DNA of 64,000 nt, from positions 1,408,001 to 1,472,000 of the forward strand of contig OZ271918.1 of the NCBI GenBank assembly GCA_965602015.1, read 5' to 3'. Below, one piece after another: positions 1 through 9,768 of the stretch (positions are counted from its first letter, which is position 1; each line of letters starts with the position of its first letter). The DNA comes from Salinispira sp. Lineage in GTDB: Bacteria > Spirochaetota > Spirochaetia > DSM-27196 > Salinispiraceae. Both the position numbers and the translations under genes were made by a program. The notes beneath the pieces were generated by a model. That model ran no database searches, was not told where the DNA came from, and saw only the letters and a program-made list of their open reading frames with translations.

Positions 1-1542
1 CTCAGCGAAGCCGGAAATGCGGTTCGCAGTATCGAAGGCAACGGGCCTGTTCCCGCCAGCTTTCAATGGGATGGACGAAATGACGGCGGGCTTCCCGCGG
101 CAGACGGCAGATACAGTGCGAGTATCAGCGTCGAGCTTACCAACCGAAGCGTCGGCACCGCGGCAACCCGGGCCTTTGTTTTGGATACCAGATTCCCGGA
201 GGTCAGCCTGAGCAGCAGCTTCGAAGTGTTTAGCCCCAATGGAGATGAGAACCGCGATGTGTTCCCCGTATCCCAACGGGGTTCAGGTGAGGACCTGTAC
301 GAAGGAAGAATACTCGGACCCGATGGACAGGTGGTGCAGGAGTATTTCTGGGAAGGCAGCCTTGAAAGCTTTAGCTGGGACGGATTGGATCAATTCGGAA
401 ATCTCGCAGCCAACGGCGTGTACCGCTACGAACTCACTGTCACCGACCGGGCGGGAAACCGAACTCTTGCAAATTTGGATACCATTGAGTTGGACAGCCG
501 GAATACTTCAGTTTTCCTGACGCTCAGCGACAGCGGAATAAGCCCTAACGGCGACGGATTCAAGGACGATCTCCAGATTGGTATGTATACAAACATTACC
601 GACGGCATAGAGGACTGGGAGCTGGGGATATACCGGGAAAACGGCACCCTGGTGCGAAGCATAGGCGGAACCAGCATTGAACCACAGGAATTCTTTACAT
701 TTGACGGTCTTGATGAAGAGGGTGATCAGATAAGCGGGACCTTCTACGCCAACTTTGTCGTTCGCTACACAAAGGGCGATGTGCCGGAAGCCACCAGCTC
801 GAATTTCCTTGTTGACACCAGCGGCCCGGTGTTGAGCGAAAGCATTTCGCCGCTGCCCTTCGGTCCGGACGGCGATGGTTTTGCCGATGTGCTCACCATC
901 GATCTGTCCGCCCGGGACGGCGCCGGCGTTGCCGGGTGGCGATTCGGAATCTACGACCGGGTAGGGAACCTCTTTCAGGAGTACTCCTCACAGGGGGCTC
1001 CCGAGGAGCGGATTCTGTGGGATGGTTTGTCGGACAGCGGCGAGCGGGTAATTTCCGCAGAGGATTACCGTTGGGAGTTCGAGGCAATTGACCGCCTCGG
1101 CAACGCCAGCACCTCCGGCGGCCTTATTCCCATCGACATTCTGGTGATACGAGACGGTGAGCGCTTTAAGGTTCAAATCTCCAATATTGTGTTCGAGCCT
1201 AACAGCCCCCGGATAGTCGTAGGCGGTACTACCGAGGTCGGTATCCGCAACCAGAATATCTTGAACAGGCTGGTTGAAGTGTTTTCCAAGTATCCCCAGT
1301 ACCGGATCACCATTGAAGGGCATGCCAACAATGTCACCGGCACCGAACGGGAGGAAGTTCAGGAACTTCTCCCCCTGTCTGAGGGTCGCGCACAGGCGGT
1401 GAAAGATCAAATGGTCAGCCTCGGCATGGATCCCGACAGAATTGACATCGTCGGCCGCGGCGGTCGGAGCCCTCTGGTTCCATTCTCCGATGAGGAAAAC
1501 CGGTGGAAGAACAGGCGGGTTGAATTTATTCTTATACGTTAG
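1..1542 (+). CDS. OmpA-family peptidoglycan-binding protein with repeated FlgD-Ig-like (SPNGD) domains; 5' end lies outside the window
   Basis: Frame 1 is open from base 1 (LSEAGNAVRSIEG...FQWDGRN...) into ORF 181..1542. Repeats FSPNGDENRD, ISPNGDGFKD and FGPDGDGFAD with WDG motifs. C-terminal OmpA_C motifs IEGHAN...LSEGRAQAV...NRRVEF. Confidence 0.85.
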   Translation, partial: LSEAGNAVRSIEGNGPVPASFQWDGRNDGGLPAADGRYSASISVELTNRSVGTAATRAFVLDTRFPEVSLSSSFEVFSPNGDENRDVFPVSQRGSGEDLYEGRILGPDGQVVQEYFWEGSLESFSWDGLDQFGNLAANGVYRYELTVTDRAGNRTLANLDTIELDSRNTSVFLTLSDSGISPNGDGFKDDLQIGMYTNITDGIEDWELGIYRENGTLVRSIGGTSIEPQEFFTFDGLDEEGDQISGTFYANFVVRYTKGDVPEATSSNFLVDTSGPVLSESISPLPFGPDGDGFADVLTIDLSARDGAGVAGWRFGIYDRVGNLFQEYSSQGAPEERILWDGLSDSGERVISAEDYRWEFEAIDRLGNASTSGGLIPIDILVIRDGERFKVQISNIVFEPNSPRIVVGGTTEVGIRNQNILNRLVEVFSKYPQYRITIEGHANNVTGTEREEVQELLPLSEGRAQAVKDQMVSLGMDPDRIDIVGRGGRSPLVPFSDEENRWKNRRVEFILIR

Positions 1543-1580
1543 GATATTACCGGTAACACAGATTTTTTCAGGTAGGTACA

Positions 1581-2612
1581 GTGAAGAAATTAGCAGCGAT
1601 CATTTTATCCATCCTGCTGCTTGCAGGCGTTGCCAGCGCGGCTGCAGGATGGTTTGCATATACTCAATTATTCAGACCCTACGGATCGACGGAGGGCATG
1701 GCTCGGGATTTTACCGTAGAACCCGGTGAGAGTTTTATTTCCGTTGTGATGCGCCTTGAGCGCCGCGAAATGGTTCCGTCAGCTCTTCTTCTGCAGCTAT
1801 ATGGACGGTTCAGCGGAGGCGATCGGGGAATCCAGCGGGGATCGTATATTATTCCCGAGGGCCTCAGCCCGGTGGAAATAGTCGAGTTTCTCAGTTCGGG
1901 GCATCAAAACCTCCTCAGGGTTACCATTCCCGAAGGCCGCACAATGCGGCAGGTAGCCGATATATTCGACAGCAGGGGCATTGTCGGCCGGGATGAGTTT
2001 CTCGAAGCTGCAATGGATACAGCCTTTATCAGGGGGTTGGGCATCCCCGGCGATACGGCGGAGGGGTATCTGTTTCCCGAAACCTACTATTTCGCCGAGG
2101 ATTTTCCGGCGGACAGGGTGGTAGCTCATTTGGTCGAAACATTCTTCCAGGAACTTGCAGAAATCTACCCGGATTACCGACAGCTCACGAGCAGGGAACT
2201 GCATGAGACGGTTATTCTGTCATCCATCGTGGAACGCGAATATATGGCAGAGCACGAAGCACCTCAAATCGCATCGGTGTTCTATAATCGTCTCGAAGAG
2301 GGAATGCGTCTGGAATCCTGTGCCACGGTGGTATACGTCATGACGGAGATAGAAGGTCTCGAACATCCGAGCCGTCTGTTTTTCTCGGATCTGGACAGGC
2401 CGTCAGAGTTTAATACCTATGTTAATCGGGGGCTCCCTCCCGCGCCGATTTCATCGGTGGGAAGAATTGCATTGCAGGCCGCATTCTATCCCGCAGACAC
2501 CGATTACTTCTTTTTTGTGCTGCAGGGGCCGGATTCCACCGAACATGTGTTTTCTACCTCATACGATGACCATCTCTCCGCATCTCAGGTGTACTATTTC
2601 AAATTGAACTAG
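1581..2612 (+). CDS. mltG: Endolytic transglycosylase MltG (YceG family)
   Basis: N-terminal TM segment; VTIPEG, EGYLFPETY, SIVERE (catalytic Glu), SVFYNRL, FNTY..GLPPAPI motifs. GTG start. Confidence 0.93.
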   Translation: MKKLAAIILSILLLAGVASAAAGWFAYTQLFRPYGSTEGMARDFTVEPGESFISVVMRLERREMVPSALLLQLYGRFSGGDRGIQRGSYIIPEGLSPVEIVEFLSSGHQNLLRVTIPEGRTMRQVADIFDSRGIVGRDEFLEAAMDTAFIRGLGIPGDTAEGYLFPETYYFAEDFPADRVVAHLVETFFQELAEIYPDYRQLTSRELHETVILSSIVEREYMAEHEAPQIASVFYNRLEEGMRLESCATVVYVMTEIEGLEHPSRLFFSDLDRPSEFNTYVNRGLPPAPISSVGRIALQAAFYPADTDYFFFVLQGPDSTEHVFSTSYDDHLSASQVYYFKLN

Positions 2613-2623
2613 AGGAACACACA

Positions 2624-4459
2624 GTGATTCCAGAGGAAATCATCGAGGAGATAAAAAACCGCGTCAATATTGCCGAGGTTGTCGGGGAGTACGTTCACCT
2701 CACTCAAAAGGGAGACCGTTTTTGGGGCCTCTCGCCCTTTAAAAGTGAAAAAACCCCGTCATTCACCGTCACACCCTCGAAACAAATGTATTACTGCTTC
2801 AGTACTCAAAACGGTGGAAATGTCTTCAAGTTTCTCATGGAAATGGAAGGCATGACATTTCCCGAGGCCGTCGAATACCTCGGCAAGCGGGTAGGGATCG
2901 ATGTTGGAGAGGGCGCCAAACAAGACACGCGGGAGTTTAGAGAGCGGGCGGCAATGGAGGAGCTGTATGAAAAAATCCGCGAAAGCTATCAATACCTGCT
3001 CACCGAAAAATCCATCGGAAAGAACGCGCTGCAATATATCACCCATCGCGGGCTGAGCTCTGAAAGCTTTGAGAATTTCGCCCTTGGCTACTCCCATCCC
3101 GATCCATACTGGCTGCATGGCTTTCTTATTAAAAAAGGCTACAGTGAAGAATTCCTGCAAAAAAGCGGACTGTTCAGCAAGAAAAACCCCAAATGGACCC
3201 TGTTCTCTAACCGCCTCATGTTTCCCATCTCTCGGCATCAGGGAAGTACCGTTGCCTTTGGCGGTCGCCTCCTGGAAGGTGATGGACCAAAGTATATCAA
3301 CAGCCCCGATACCATGATTTTTCACAAGCGCACTACCTTATACGGCCTCCACCAAGCTAAGGATGCTATAAAACAGACGGGATTTTTTATTGTCTGCGAG
3401 GGCTACCTGGACGTCATTGCCTTTCATCAGGCCGGAGTCAGGAATGCAGTTGCCCCCCTGGGGACTGCGTTCACTGCGGACCAGGCTAAGCTCTTAAAGC
3501 GCTACGCATCAAAGGGATTACTGGTATTTGACGGCGACAGCGCCGGTATCAATGCGAGTAAAAAAACAGCTCAGATACTTGAATCCCTTGATCTAGCATG
3601 TGATGTACTATCCCTTCCCGAGGGTCTGGACCCCGCAGATATTCTGCAAAAAAAAGGTTCACAAGAATTAAAAAATTTAGTAAAATCTTCAACCACTGCG
3701 CTGGAGTTTCTTTTATCGAAAGCTGTTTCGATGTCTGATATTTATTCCCCTGAGGGAAAACAACAGATACTCGAACAGCTTTTTCCGTATATCCGCAGTA
3801 TACAATCACCGGTCAAGCAGGAGGCCAGCTTACAGATACTTTCAGAGCGCATTGGAGTGAGCTTGCCGGCTCTTATGGCATCAATGCAACGAAACGGCCG
3901 TAATCGGGATTTTCCGTCACCCGCTTCGAGCGGAATGATTAACGGTCGTGGGGATAAGGGAAACGCCGTCGCTCCGGGGGCAAAGCCCGCGGAAGGGTCC
4001 CGTCCATTCACAATTGACCCGGAGTTGCATTCGATTGTTGCCACTGCTATATATCCGGAACACTTTGCCTATGTACGCTCGCAGTTGCAGTTTCAGGATT
4101 TGAAAAATGAAGCTGCCGCCGAGATTTACTCTGTGCTGGAAGATCATTTTCGAAATCAGACCGTTGAATTTGATAAAATTATCTCGGATATCGACAATGA
4201 GGGGCTGAGGAACTATATAATGAGGAAAGCATCCGCCGAAGAATACGGCGCCGATCCGGGGGGCTACATCAGAGCCTCTATTTTGCGGGTACGACACGAC
4301 CTCTTGGTCAGGCGGAGGCGGGAACTGCAGCTGTTGTTAAAAAGGAAGGAGCAAAGCTCCGACGCTGCAGGAACCAGGGCGCTGCTCGAAGAAAAAATTT
4401 ACCTTGATTCGGCATTAAAGGAAATAAAGGAATCAATTCATGACAGAACTGCAGAATGA
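2624..4459 (+). CDS. dnaG: DNA primase
   Basis: EKTPSF, RLMFPI, AFGGR, PKYINSP, EGYLDV, LGTA and FDGDSAG (TOPRIM) motifs. Upstream of rpoD; GAGG RBS. Confidence 0.97.
   Translation: MIPEEIIEEIKNRVNIAEVVGEYVHLTQKGDRFWGLSPFKSEKTPSFTVTPSKQMYYCFSTQNGGNVFKFLMEMEGMTFPEAVEYLGKRVGIDVGEGAKQDTREFRERAAMEELYEKIRESYQYLLTEKSIGKNALQYITHRGLSSESFENFALGYSHPDPYWLHGFLIKKGYSEEFLQKSGLFSKKNPKWTLFSNRLMFPISRHQGSTVAFGGRLLEGDGPKYINSPDTMIFHKRTTLYGLHQAKDAIKQTGFFIVCEGYLDVIAFHQAGVRNAVAPLGTAFTADQAKLLKRYASKGLLVFDGDSAGINASKKTAQILESLDLACDVLSLPEGLDPADILQKKGSQELKNLVKSSTTALEFLLSKAVSMSDIYSPEGKQQILEQLFPYIRSIQSPVKQEASLQILSERIGVSLPALMASMQRNGRNRDFPSPASSGMINGRGDKGNAVAPGAKPAEGSRPFTIDPELHSIVATAIYPEHFAYVRSQLQFQDLKNEAAAEIYSVLEDHFRNQTVEFDKIISDIDNEGLRNYIMRKASAEEYGADPGGYIRASILRVRHDLLVRRRRELQLLLKRKEQSSDAAGTRALLEEKIYLDSALKEIKESIHDRTAE
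3648..3686 (+). promoter_or_regulatory. Candidate sigma70 promoter inside dnaG, possibly driving rpoD
   Basis: A8 tract (3648-3655), TTCACA (3658-3663), 17 bp spacer, TAAAAT (3681-3686), in a locally AT-rich patch of dnaG. Confidence 0.45.
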
Positions 4460-6248
4460 TCCTGCAATTATAAAACTTCTTGAATACGCTAAAGATAAAG
4501 ACACCGTGTCCTACGATGAGCTGAACGATCTGCTTCCGGAGGAACTGGTAAAACCGGACAAAATCGACGACGTCATGGTGATTTTGGCCTCCCACAATAT
4601 CCGTCTCTCTGAAGAAGTTCAGGCACAAAACGAAAAGTTCGATGATGACGATGAAAACGAGTCATCTGCATCGGACAAAGGATCAGCTAAGTCGGGCTCA
4701 GAATCCAAGCCGGAAACCGCGAAAACCCCGGAGCCGGAAAAAAAGAAAAAGGTCGTCTATAACGACAAGGAAAGCGCCATTGATGACCCAATTCGGCTTT
4801 ACCTGAGGGAAATCGGAAAGGAAAATCTCCTGACCGCCGAACAGGAAGTCGAGCTCTCCAAAAAAATGGAAGACGGGGAGAACATTATTAAGGGCGTGAT
4901 CAGTGGTTCTGGGATGATGATTCCGGAGTTTTTTAACCTGGCAGCCCGGGCCTTTAGCAAAAAAGACCCCCGGGAAATGAGCCTGAGCAAGAAAGAAATC
5001 TCCGAGTATCTCGCTGAGCGCCGCAGACTCAGCCAGTATTATCGAGAACCGCTAAAGCTCGTTGTTGCGGATTTGAAGTCTTACATCGAATTAAAGAAAA
5101 AGCTCATTGCCAAAGGCGAAGATATTATTGAGCATGAAGAACTGGCAAACAAGCGGGATACTCTGGTCGCTAATCTCTCCGATATCGATCTTCATCAGGA
5201 TGAGATTCTTCAGTTTTCCGATAAATTTGTCACTACTGCCTCAAAAATACACAGCTATCAGAGAGAGATCACCCGTAATGAGAAAAGGCTCCGGGTCAAA
5301 AACTCACGGGAACTTCGGAGCCTGGGTCGAAAACTCACTATCCTTGAGGATCGCGAGGTAATCGAGGATGAACTGGGCTTGTCGGCCGATGAAATCAAGG
5401 AAATGATCCGCGAAATTCAGACTACTGAAAAGAAAATCAGAAGTTACGAACTCGAATTCGAAAACCCCATCGATCAAATTCTCGATATGGCCGGTGAAAT
5501 CGAGCGCGGCAAGGTGATGATGCAAAGTGCCAAGGATCGACTCATAAAGGCGAACCTTCGGCTTGTGGTCAGCATCGCAAAAAAATACACCAACCGTGGA
5601 CTGCACTTTTTCGACCTCGTTCAGGAAGGCAATATCGGTCTCATCAAGGCTGTAGAAAAGTTCGAATACCGCAAAGGGTACAAATTTTCTACCTATGCGA
5701 CGTGGTGGATACGCCAGGCTATTACCAGAAGCATTTCAGACCAGGCGAGAACCATCCGCGTTCCGGTTCATATGATCGAGCAAATTAATAAAGTCGTCCG
5801 AGAGTCCCGGCAGCTGATGCAGGTTCTTGGACGGGAGCCCACCGACGAGGAAATCGCAGAGCGTCTCGGTTGGACCGTAAGCCGGGTCAAATCGGTAAAA
5901 AATGTCGCTCGCGAGCCGATATCTCTCGAAACTCCTATCGGTGAAGAGGAAGACAGTCTCCTCGGCGATTTTATTGAAGACAAGGATGTGGAGAATCCCG
6001 CCCACCAAACCGCATTCACCCTTCTGCAGGAACAGCTGGGAGAGGTGCTAAAAACGCTTCCCGAACGGGAGCAGGAAGTTTTAAAGATGCGCTTTGGACT
6101 CGAAGACGGATACAGCCTCACTCTCGAAGAGGTTGGTTTGTACTTCAACGTCACCAGGGAGCGGATACGACAAATCGAGGCGAAGGCCCTTCGCCGGCTT
6201 CGCCACCCAAAACGCAGCCGCCGTCTCAAGGACTATCTGGATAATTAA
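4440..6248 (+). CDS. rpoD: Primary RNA polymerase sigma factor RpoD (sigma70)
   Basis: Region 1.2 [11 protein letters not shown]; region 2 [13 protein letters not shown]...[10 protein letters not shown]...[14 protein letters not shown]; region 4 TLEEVG...TRERIRQIE. Confidence 0.98.
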   Translation: MTELQNDPAIIKLLEYAKDKDTVSYDELNDLLPEELVKPDKIDDVMVILASHNIRLSEEVQAQNEKFDDDDENESSASDKGSAKSGSESKPETAKTPEPEKKKKVVYNDKESAIDDPIRLYLREIGKENLLTAEQEVELSKKMEDGENIIKGVISGSGMMIPEFFNLAARAFSKKDPREMSLSKKEISEYLAERRRLSQYYREPLKLVVADLKSYIELKKKLIAKGEDIIEHEELANKRDTLVANLSDIDLHQDEILQFSDKFVTTASKIHSYQREITRNEKRLRVKNSRELRSLGRKLTILEDREVIEDELGLSADEIKEMIREIQTTEKKIRSYELEFENPIDQILDMAGEIERGKVMMQSAKDRLIKANLRLVVSIAKKYTNRGLHFFDLVQEGNIGLIKAVEKFEYRKGYKFSTYATWWIRQAITRSISDQARTIRVPVHMIEQINKVVRESRQLMQVLGREPTDEEIAERLGWTVSRVKSVKNVAREPISLETPIGEEEDSLLGDFIEDKDVENPAHQTAFTLLQEQLGEVLKTLPEREQEVLKMRFGLEDGYSLTLEEVGLYFNVTRERIRQIEAKALRRLRHPKRSRRLKDYLDN

Positions 6249-6330
6249 ACGATTTTCTGATAGGCTCTCGTGGCTTGGACGGGAACCGTCGATATATCGC
6301 AGCAGAACACACTAAAAACAGAGGCAAAAC

Positions 6331-7350
6331 ATGATTCAGGAAACATTGAATAAATTGCAGGAACTACAGGACATTCTTGCCGAAAAGTATTCGGTTGAGA
6401 GCGAACTCAAGGATATACCAAAGGCTTTGAATACAAAGCTCGAGCTTGTTAACCGACTAAAAAAATCCTATGTGGAAAAAAACGAACGGCTTGAAAGCGG
6501 TAGAACCAAGCTGGGCGAGCTGCGTATTCATATGACGGATGCGGAATCCGAACGGGAGAAGTACGAAGAGCAAATCGTGAATATCTCAACCCAGCGCGAA
6601 TACGAAGCTCTGGTCAAGGAAATCCGTGATGCCTCTGAACGGGAACAGAATTTTCGGAAAGAACTCCAGCGGGAGCAGAAGTACATTGAAGAACTGCAGC
6701 AAAATATTGAGCGTGAAGAGAGCCTGATCAAGGATCAGGAAAAAGAGCTCGAAGCCGAACAGAAAAAAATTGAAGAAGAAACAAAAAAGCGCGAGTCGCT
6801 TATGCAGGATCTGACAAAGAAAGAAGAAAAGATCACCCCCGGGATGGATGAGGAGATGGTCTTCAAGTTCAAACGGATCATCAGGTCCAAAGGCGGAAAG
6901 GGTATAGTTCCTCTGAGGCGTTCGGTATGTACCGGATGCAATATGATACTCCCCGCCCAATTTGTGAATGATGTTAAATCCGAAAGTGAAGTCCTGTTCT
7001 GCCCCTACTGCTCAATGATTCTGTATCATCAGGTTGAACCTGTTGAAGGTGAAATGGATTTCGACTTCGACGACAACTCAATGCTCTTCGAGGACGACGA
7101 AGAAATCAACGATGATTTTGAAGACGAAGATGAGGAAGATCGCGAGGACGACCTCGACGAGGATGTAGACGAAGACGAACTCGAAGATGAAGACGACGAT
7201 GACGACGAGGATGAGGACGAAGACGAGGATGACGATGACGACTTCGAAGAGGATGACTCGGATGACAGCCTCGACGACGGAATAGAAGAGCAGAGTCTGG
7301 AAGATGTCGAAGAAGATGACGATATCGACGACGACATGGATGATGAGTAA
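6331..7350 (+). CDS. CT398/DUF164-like coiled-coil C4 zinc-ribbon protein with long Asp/Glu C-terminal tail
   Basis: Long coiled coil, then CTGC...CPYC zinc ribbon, then about 100 aa of D/E-rich tail. Confidence 0.85.
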   Translation: MIQETLNKLQELQDILAEKYSVESELKDIPKALNTKLELVNRLKKSYVEKNERLESGRTKLGELRIHMTDAESEREKYEEQIVNISTQREYEALVKEIRDASEREQNFRKELQREQKYIEELQQNIEREESLIKDQEKELEAEQKKIEEETKKRESLMQDLTKKEEKITPGMDEEMVFKFKRIIRSKGGKGIVPLRRSVCTGCNMILPAQFVNDVKSESEVLFCPYCSMILYHQVEPVEGEMDFDFDDNSMLFEDDEEINDDFEDEDEEDREDDLDEDVDEDELEDEDDDDDEDEDEDEDDDDDFEEDDSDDSLDDGIEEQSLEDVEEDDDIDDDMDDE

Positions 7351-7355
7351 ATAAT

Positions 7356-7680
7356 ATGCAGGCCGGAATGCCGCTGAGCTCCGCTCAGAGGAAAGTCCGG
7401 GCCCCGCAGATGCTACCGGCTAACGGCCGGGGGCCGATTTTCGGTCACAGAAAGTGCCGCAGAAAACAAACCGCCGGCTTATCCGGTAAGGGTGAAAAGG
7501 TGGGGTAAGAGCCCACCGCGGAACGGGAAACCGGTCCGGCAGGGCAAACCTTAGCAGGGGCAAGACCAAGCAGCGGATAGACCGGATGAATATCCATTCG
7601 GTCCCGCGGGTAGGTCGCTGGAGGTCTTCGGACCCGAGATAGATGGCATTCACAACAGAACCCGGCTTACCGGCCTGCAT
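7356..7680 (+). ncRNA. rnpB: RNase P RNA (type A-like), 325 nt
   Basis: Terminal P1 helix ATGCAGGCCGG/CCGGCCTGCAT. Conserved GAGGAAAGTCCGGGC, AGTGCCGCAGAAAA, GGGTGAAAAGGTGGGGTAAGAGCCCACC, GGCAAACC, GCAAGACC and ACAGAACCCGGCTTA. Confidence 0.97.
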
Positions 7681-7687
7681 CTTTACA

Positions 7688-7716
7688 TTGACACGCGAAA
7701 ACCCAATCTTTACTAT
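7688..7716 (+). promoter_or_regulatory. Sigma70 promoter of the TPR-mreBCD-mrdA-rodA operon
   Basis: TTGACA (7688-7693), 17 bp, TACTAT (7711-7716). ATG starts at 7727. Confidence 0.7.
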
Positions 7717-7726
7717 TTGAGAATAT

Positions 7727-8665
7727 ATGCGATCAAGACAGCGCGGTTTTTCCCTCTCACGAAGACGGACAGTTCAACAAACAGTACTACCGTTGGCCCT
7801 CTTGCTCATAGCCGGAACTATCGCGATTTACCTTATCCTGAGAAGCACTTCACAGATCATTCCCGATGATGACAGTGCGAGAATCATCCAAGCATGGGAG
7901 TCAGGCGACTATCGTGAAGTGGTAGAACTCAGCGATTCCGCATTGGAAACTCAACCCCTGGATCCCATGTTGCTCCTGTATAACGGAGTCTCCAATTTCT
8001 ACCACGGGGTTACCCTGGTAAATCATGATGAGCGCCAGAGCGCGCTTAACTCAGCACTCTTCAGCCTTAAGAAGCTATTGCATTCACCGCCGCCGGGTTA
8101 TGAAGATGAAATTCGCTACGTTCTTGGCAAGGTATATTTTCACAAAGGCAGTTTTTACTACGATAATGCTGAAAAGTATCTGCAGGCTGTGCTTGATTCG
8201 GGTTTTGAAGCCGATGATATTCATGAATATCTCGGAGTTATCTACATCGATTTTGGTTTCGGTGAGCGGGGCATTGAATATATCCTTCGGGCCATTGAAA
8301 CAGAACCCAGGGATATTCTCTTCTACACTGCAGCCCGGGAATATGAGCGACTCGGGGACTACCAGAGGGCCCTGACATTCTATAATGAAGCTCAGGATAT
8401 GACCGATGACAGTTTTCTGTCGCAGGAAATCAGTATAGGGCAGGGACGGATTTTATTTAAAACCGACCGTCTTGCCGATGCCGCCCAGATTTTTAGTGAT
8501 GTAATTGTGGCCAACGACCAGGCAGCGGAGGCGTTTTTTTATCTTGGTGAAATCTTCCTCGAGCAGGGCGATCTGGTCAAAGCCCGGGCAAATTGGCGAA
8601 ATGCGTATAACCAGGACAGGACATTCACTCCCGCTCTGGAGAGATTAGAATCACAAAATCTATAA
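7727..8665 (+). CDS. Membrane-anchored tetratricopeptide repeat protein
   Basis: Basic N-terminus, one TM helix, multiple TPR-like repeats (YVLGKVYF, EYLGVIY, FYLGEIFL). Confidence 0.8.
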   Translation: MRSRQRGFSLSRRRTVQQTVLPLALLLIAGTIAIYLILRSTSQIIPDDDSARIIQAWESGDYREVVELSDSALETQPLDPMLLLYNGVSNFYHGVTLVNHDERQSALNSALFSLKKLLHSPPPGYEDEIRYVLGKVYFHKGSFYYDNAEKYLQAVLDSGFEADDIHEYLGVIYIDFGFGERGIEYILRAIETEPRDILFYTAAREYERLGDYQRALTFYNEAQDMTDDSFLSQEISIGQGRILFKTDRLADAAQIFSDVIVANDQAAEAFFYLGEIFLEQGDLVKARANWRNAYNQDRTFTPALERLESQNL

Positions 8666-8681
8666 ACACAGAGAAGGGTTT

Positions 8682-8692
8682 TGTGATACAAT
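8682..8692 (+). promoter_or_regulatory. Candidate extended -10 promoter for mreB
   Basis: TGTGaTACAAT ends 24 nt before the mreB ATG, followed by a GGGAGG RBS. Confidence 0.45.
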
Positions 8693-8716
8693 CAGCCCAA
8701 CTCTCGGGAGGGATTT

Positions 8717-9751
8717 ATGGGGATTTTTAACGGATTTGCAAACGATATAGGAATAGATCTCGGAACCTGCAACACCCTGGTTTACGTTCAGGGAAAAGGA
8801 ATTGTTGCCAATGAGCCTTCGGTTGTGGCTGTCGAACGGGGTACCAAAAAGGTTGTAGCCGTTGGCGCCGATGCGAAAAGAATGCTCTGGAAAACCCCCG
8901 GGGACATCATCGCCATCCGCCCGCTTCGCGACGGAGTTATCGCCGACCTGGAAACCACCGAGAAAATGATCCGGTATTTTATCACCAAGGTGCTTCCCCG
9001 CAGGCTCTTCGTCAAACCCCGGATGGTAATCGGCGTTCCCAGCTGCATAACCGAGGTGGAAAAGCGCGCAGTTGAGGAATCGGCCTTGAAGGCCGGAGCC
9101 CGAGAAGTTGAGGTCATTCATGAAAGCCTCGCTGCGGCCATCGGCGCGAATATTCCGATACACGAGCCCGCCGGGCATATGATCGTTGACATCGGCGGCG
9201 GAACCAGCGAGATTTCAGTGATATCCCTCAACGGTATGGTCGTAACCAATGCTATCCGTCTCGGGGGAGATGAGTTTGATGAAGCTATTATTAAGTATGT
9301 CCGCCAAACTCACAATTTAATAATAGGGGAAAAAACCGCCGAAGATCTCAAGGTCAATATCGGCAATGCAACCCCCGACAAAACCATCGATAAAATGGAA
9401 ATCAAAGGTACTGATGCCATAACCGGTCTGCCCAGGCGTCTTGAGATTGATTCGGTTGAGGTGCGAGAGGCCCTTCAGGAACCGATTAATTCCATAATTG
9501 AAGAAATCAAAAAGACTTTGGGTCAAACGCCCCCGGAACTGGCTGCTGATATTGTAGAACGGGGCATCGTCATGACCGGGGGAGGCAGTCTCCTTAAGGG
9601 GCTCGATACCCTTATATCAAATGAGACCGGCGTCCCGGCCTTTCGTGCCGAGCAGCCCTTAAACTGCGTGGCCATAGGCGCAGGCATGTATTATCAGATA
9701 CAACAACAAAGCGCGAAGGACAGCACACACTACTCTTCGATTAATGCGTAA
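8717..9751 (+). CDS. mreB: Rod shape-determining protein MreB
   Basis: [48 protein letters not shown]. Confidence 0.98.
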   Translation: MGIFNGFANDIGIDLGTCNTLVYVQGKGIVANEPSVVAVERGTKKVVAVGADAKRMLWKTPGDIIAIRPLRDGVIADLETTEKMIRYFITKVLPRRLFVKPRMVIGVPSCITEVEKRAVEESALKAGAREVEVIHESLAAAIGANIPIHEPAGHMIVDIGGGTSEISVISLNGMVVTNAIRLGGDEFDEAIIKYVRQTHNLIIGEKTAEDLKVNIGNATPDKTIDKMEIKGTDAITGLPRRLEIDSVEVREALQEPINSIIEEIKKTLGQTPPELAADIVERGIVMTGGGSLLKGLDTLISNETGVPAFRAEQPLNCVAIGAGMYYQIQQQSAKDSTHYSSINA

Positions 9752-9768
9752 TATCTAAGGGTTTTTTA

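Noticed and set aside
7029..7337. Poly-serine minus-strand ORF
   Set aside because: Reverse complement of the GAY/GAR acidic-tail codons.
7420..7680. 86-aa minus-strand ORF
   Set aside because: Lies antisense within the RNase P RNA gene.
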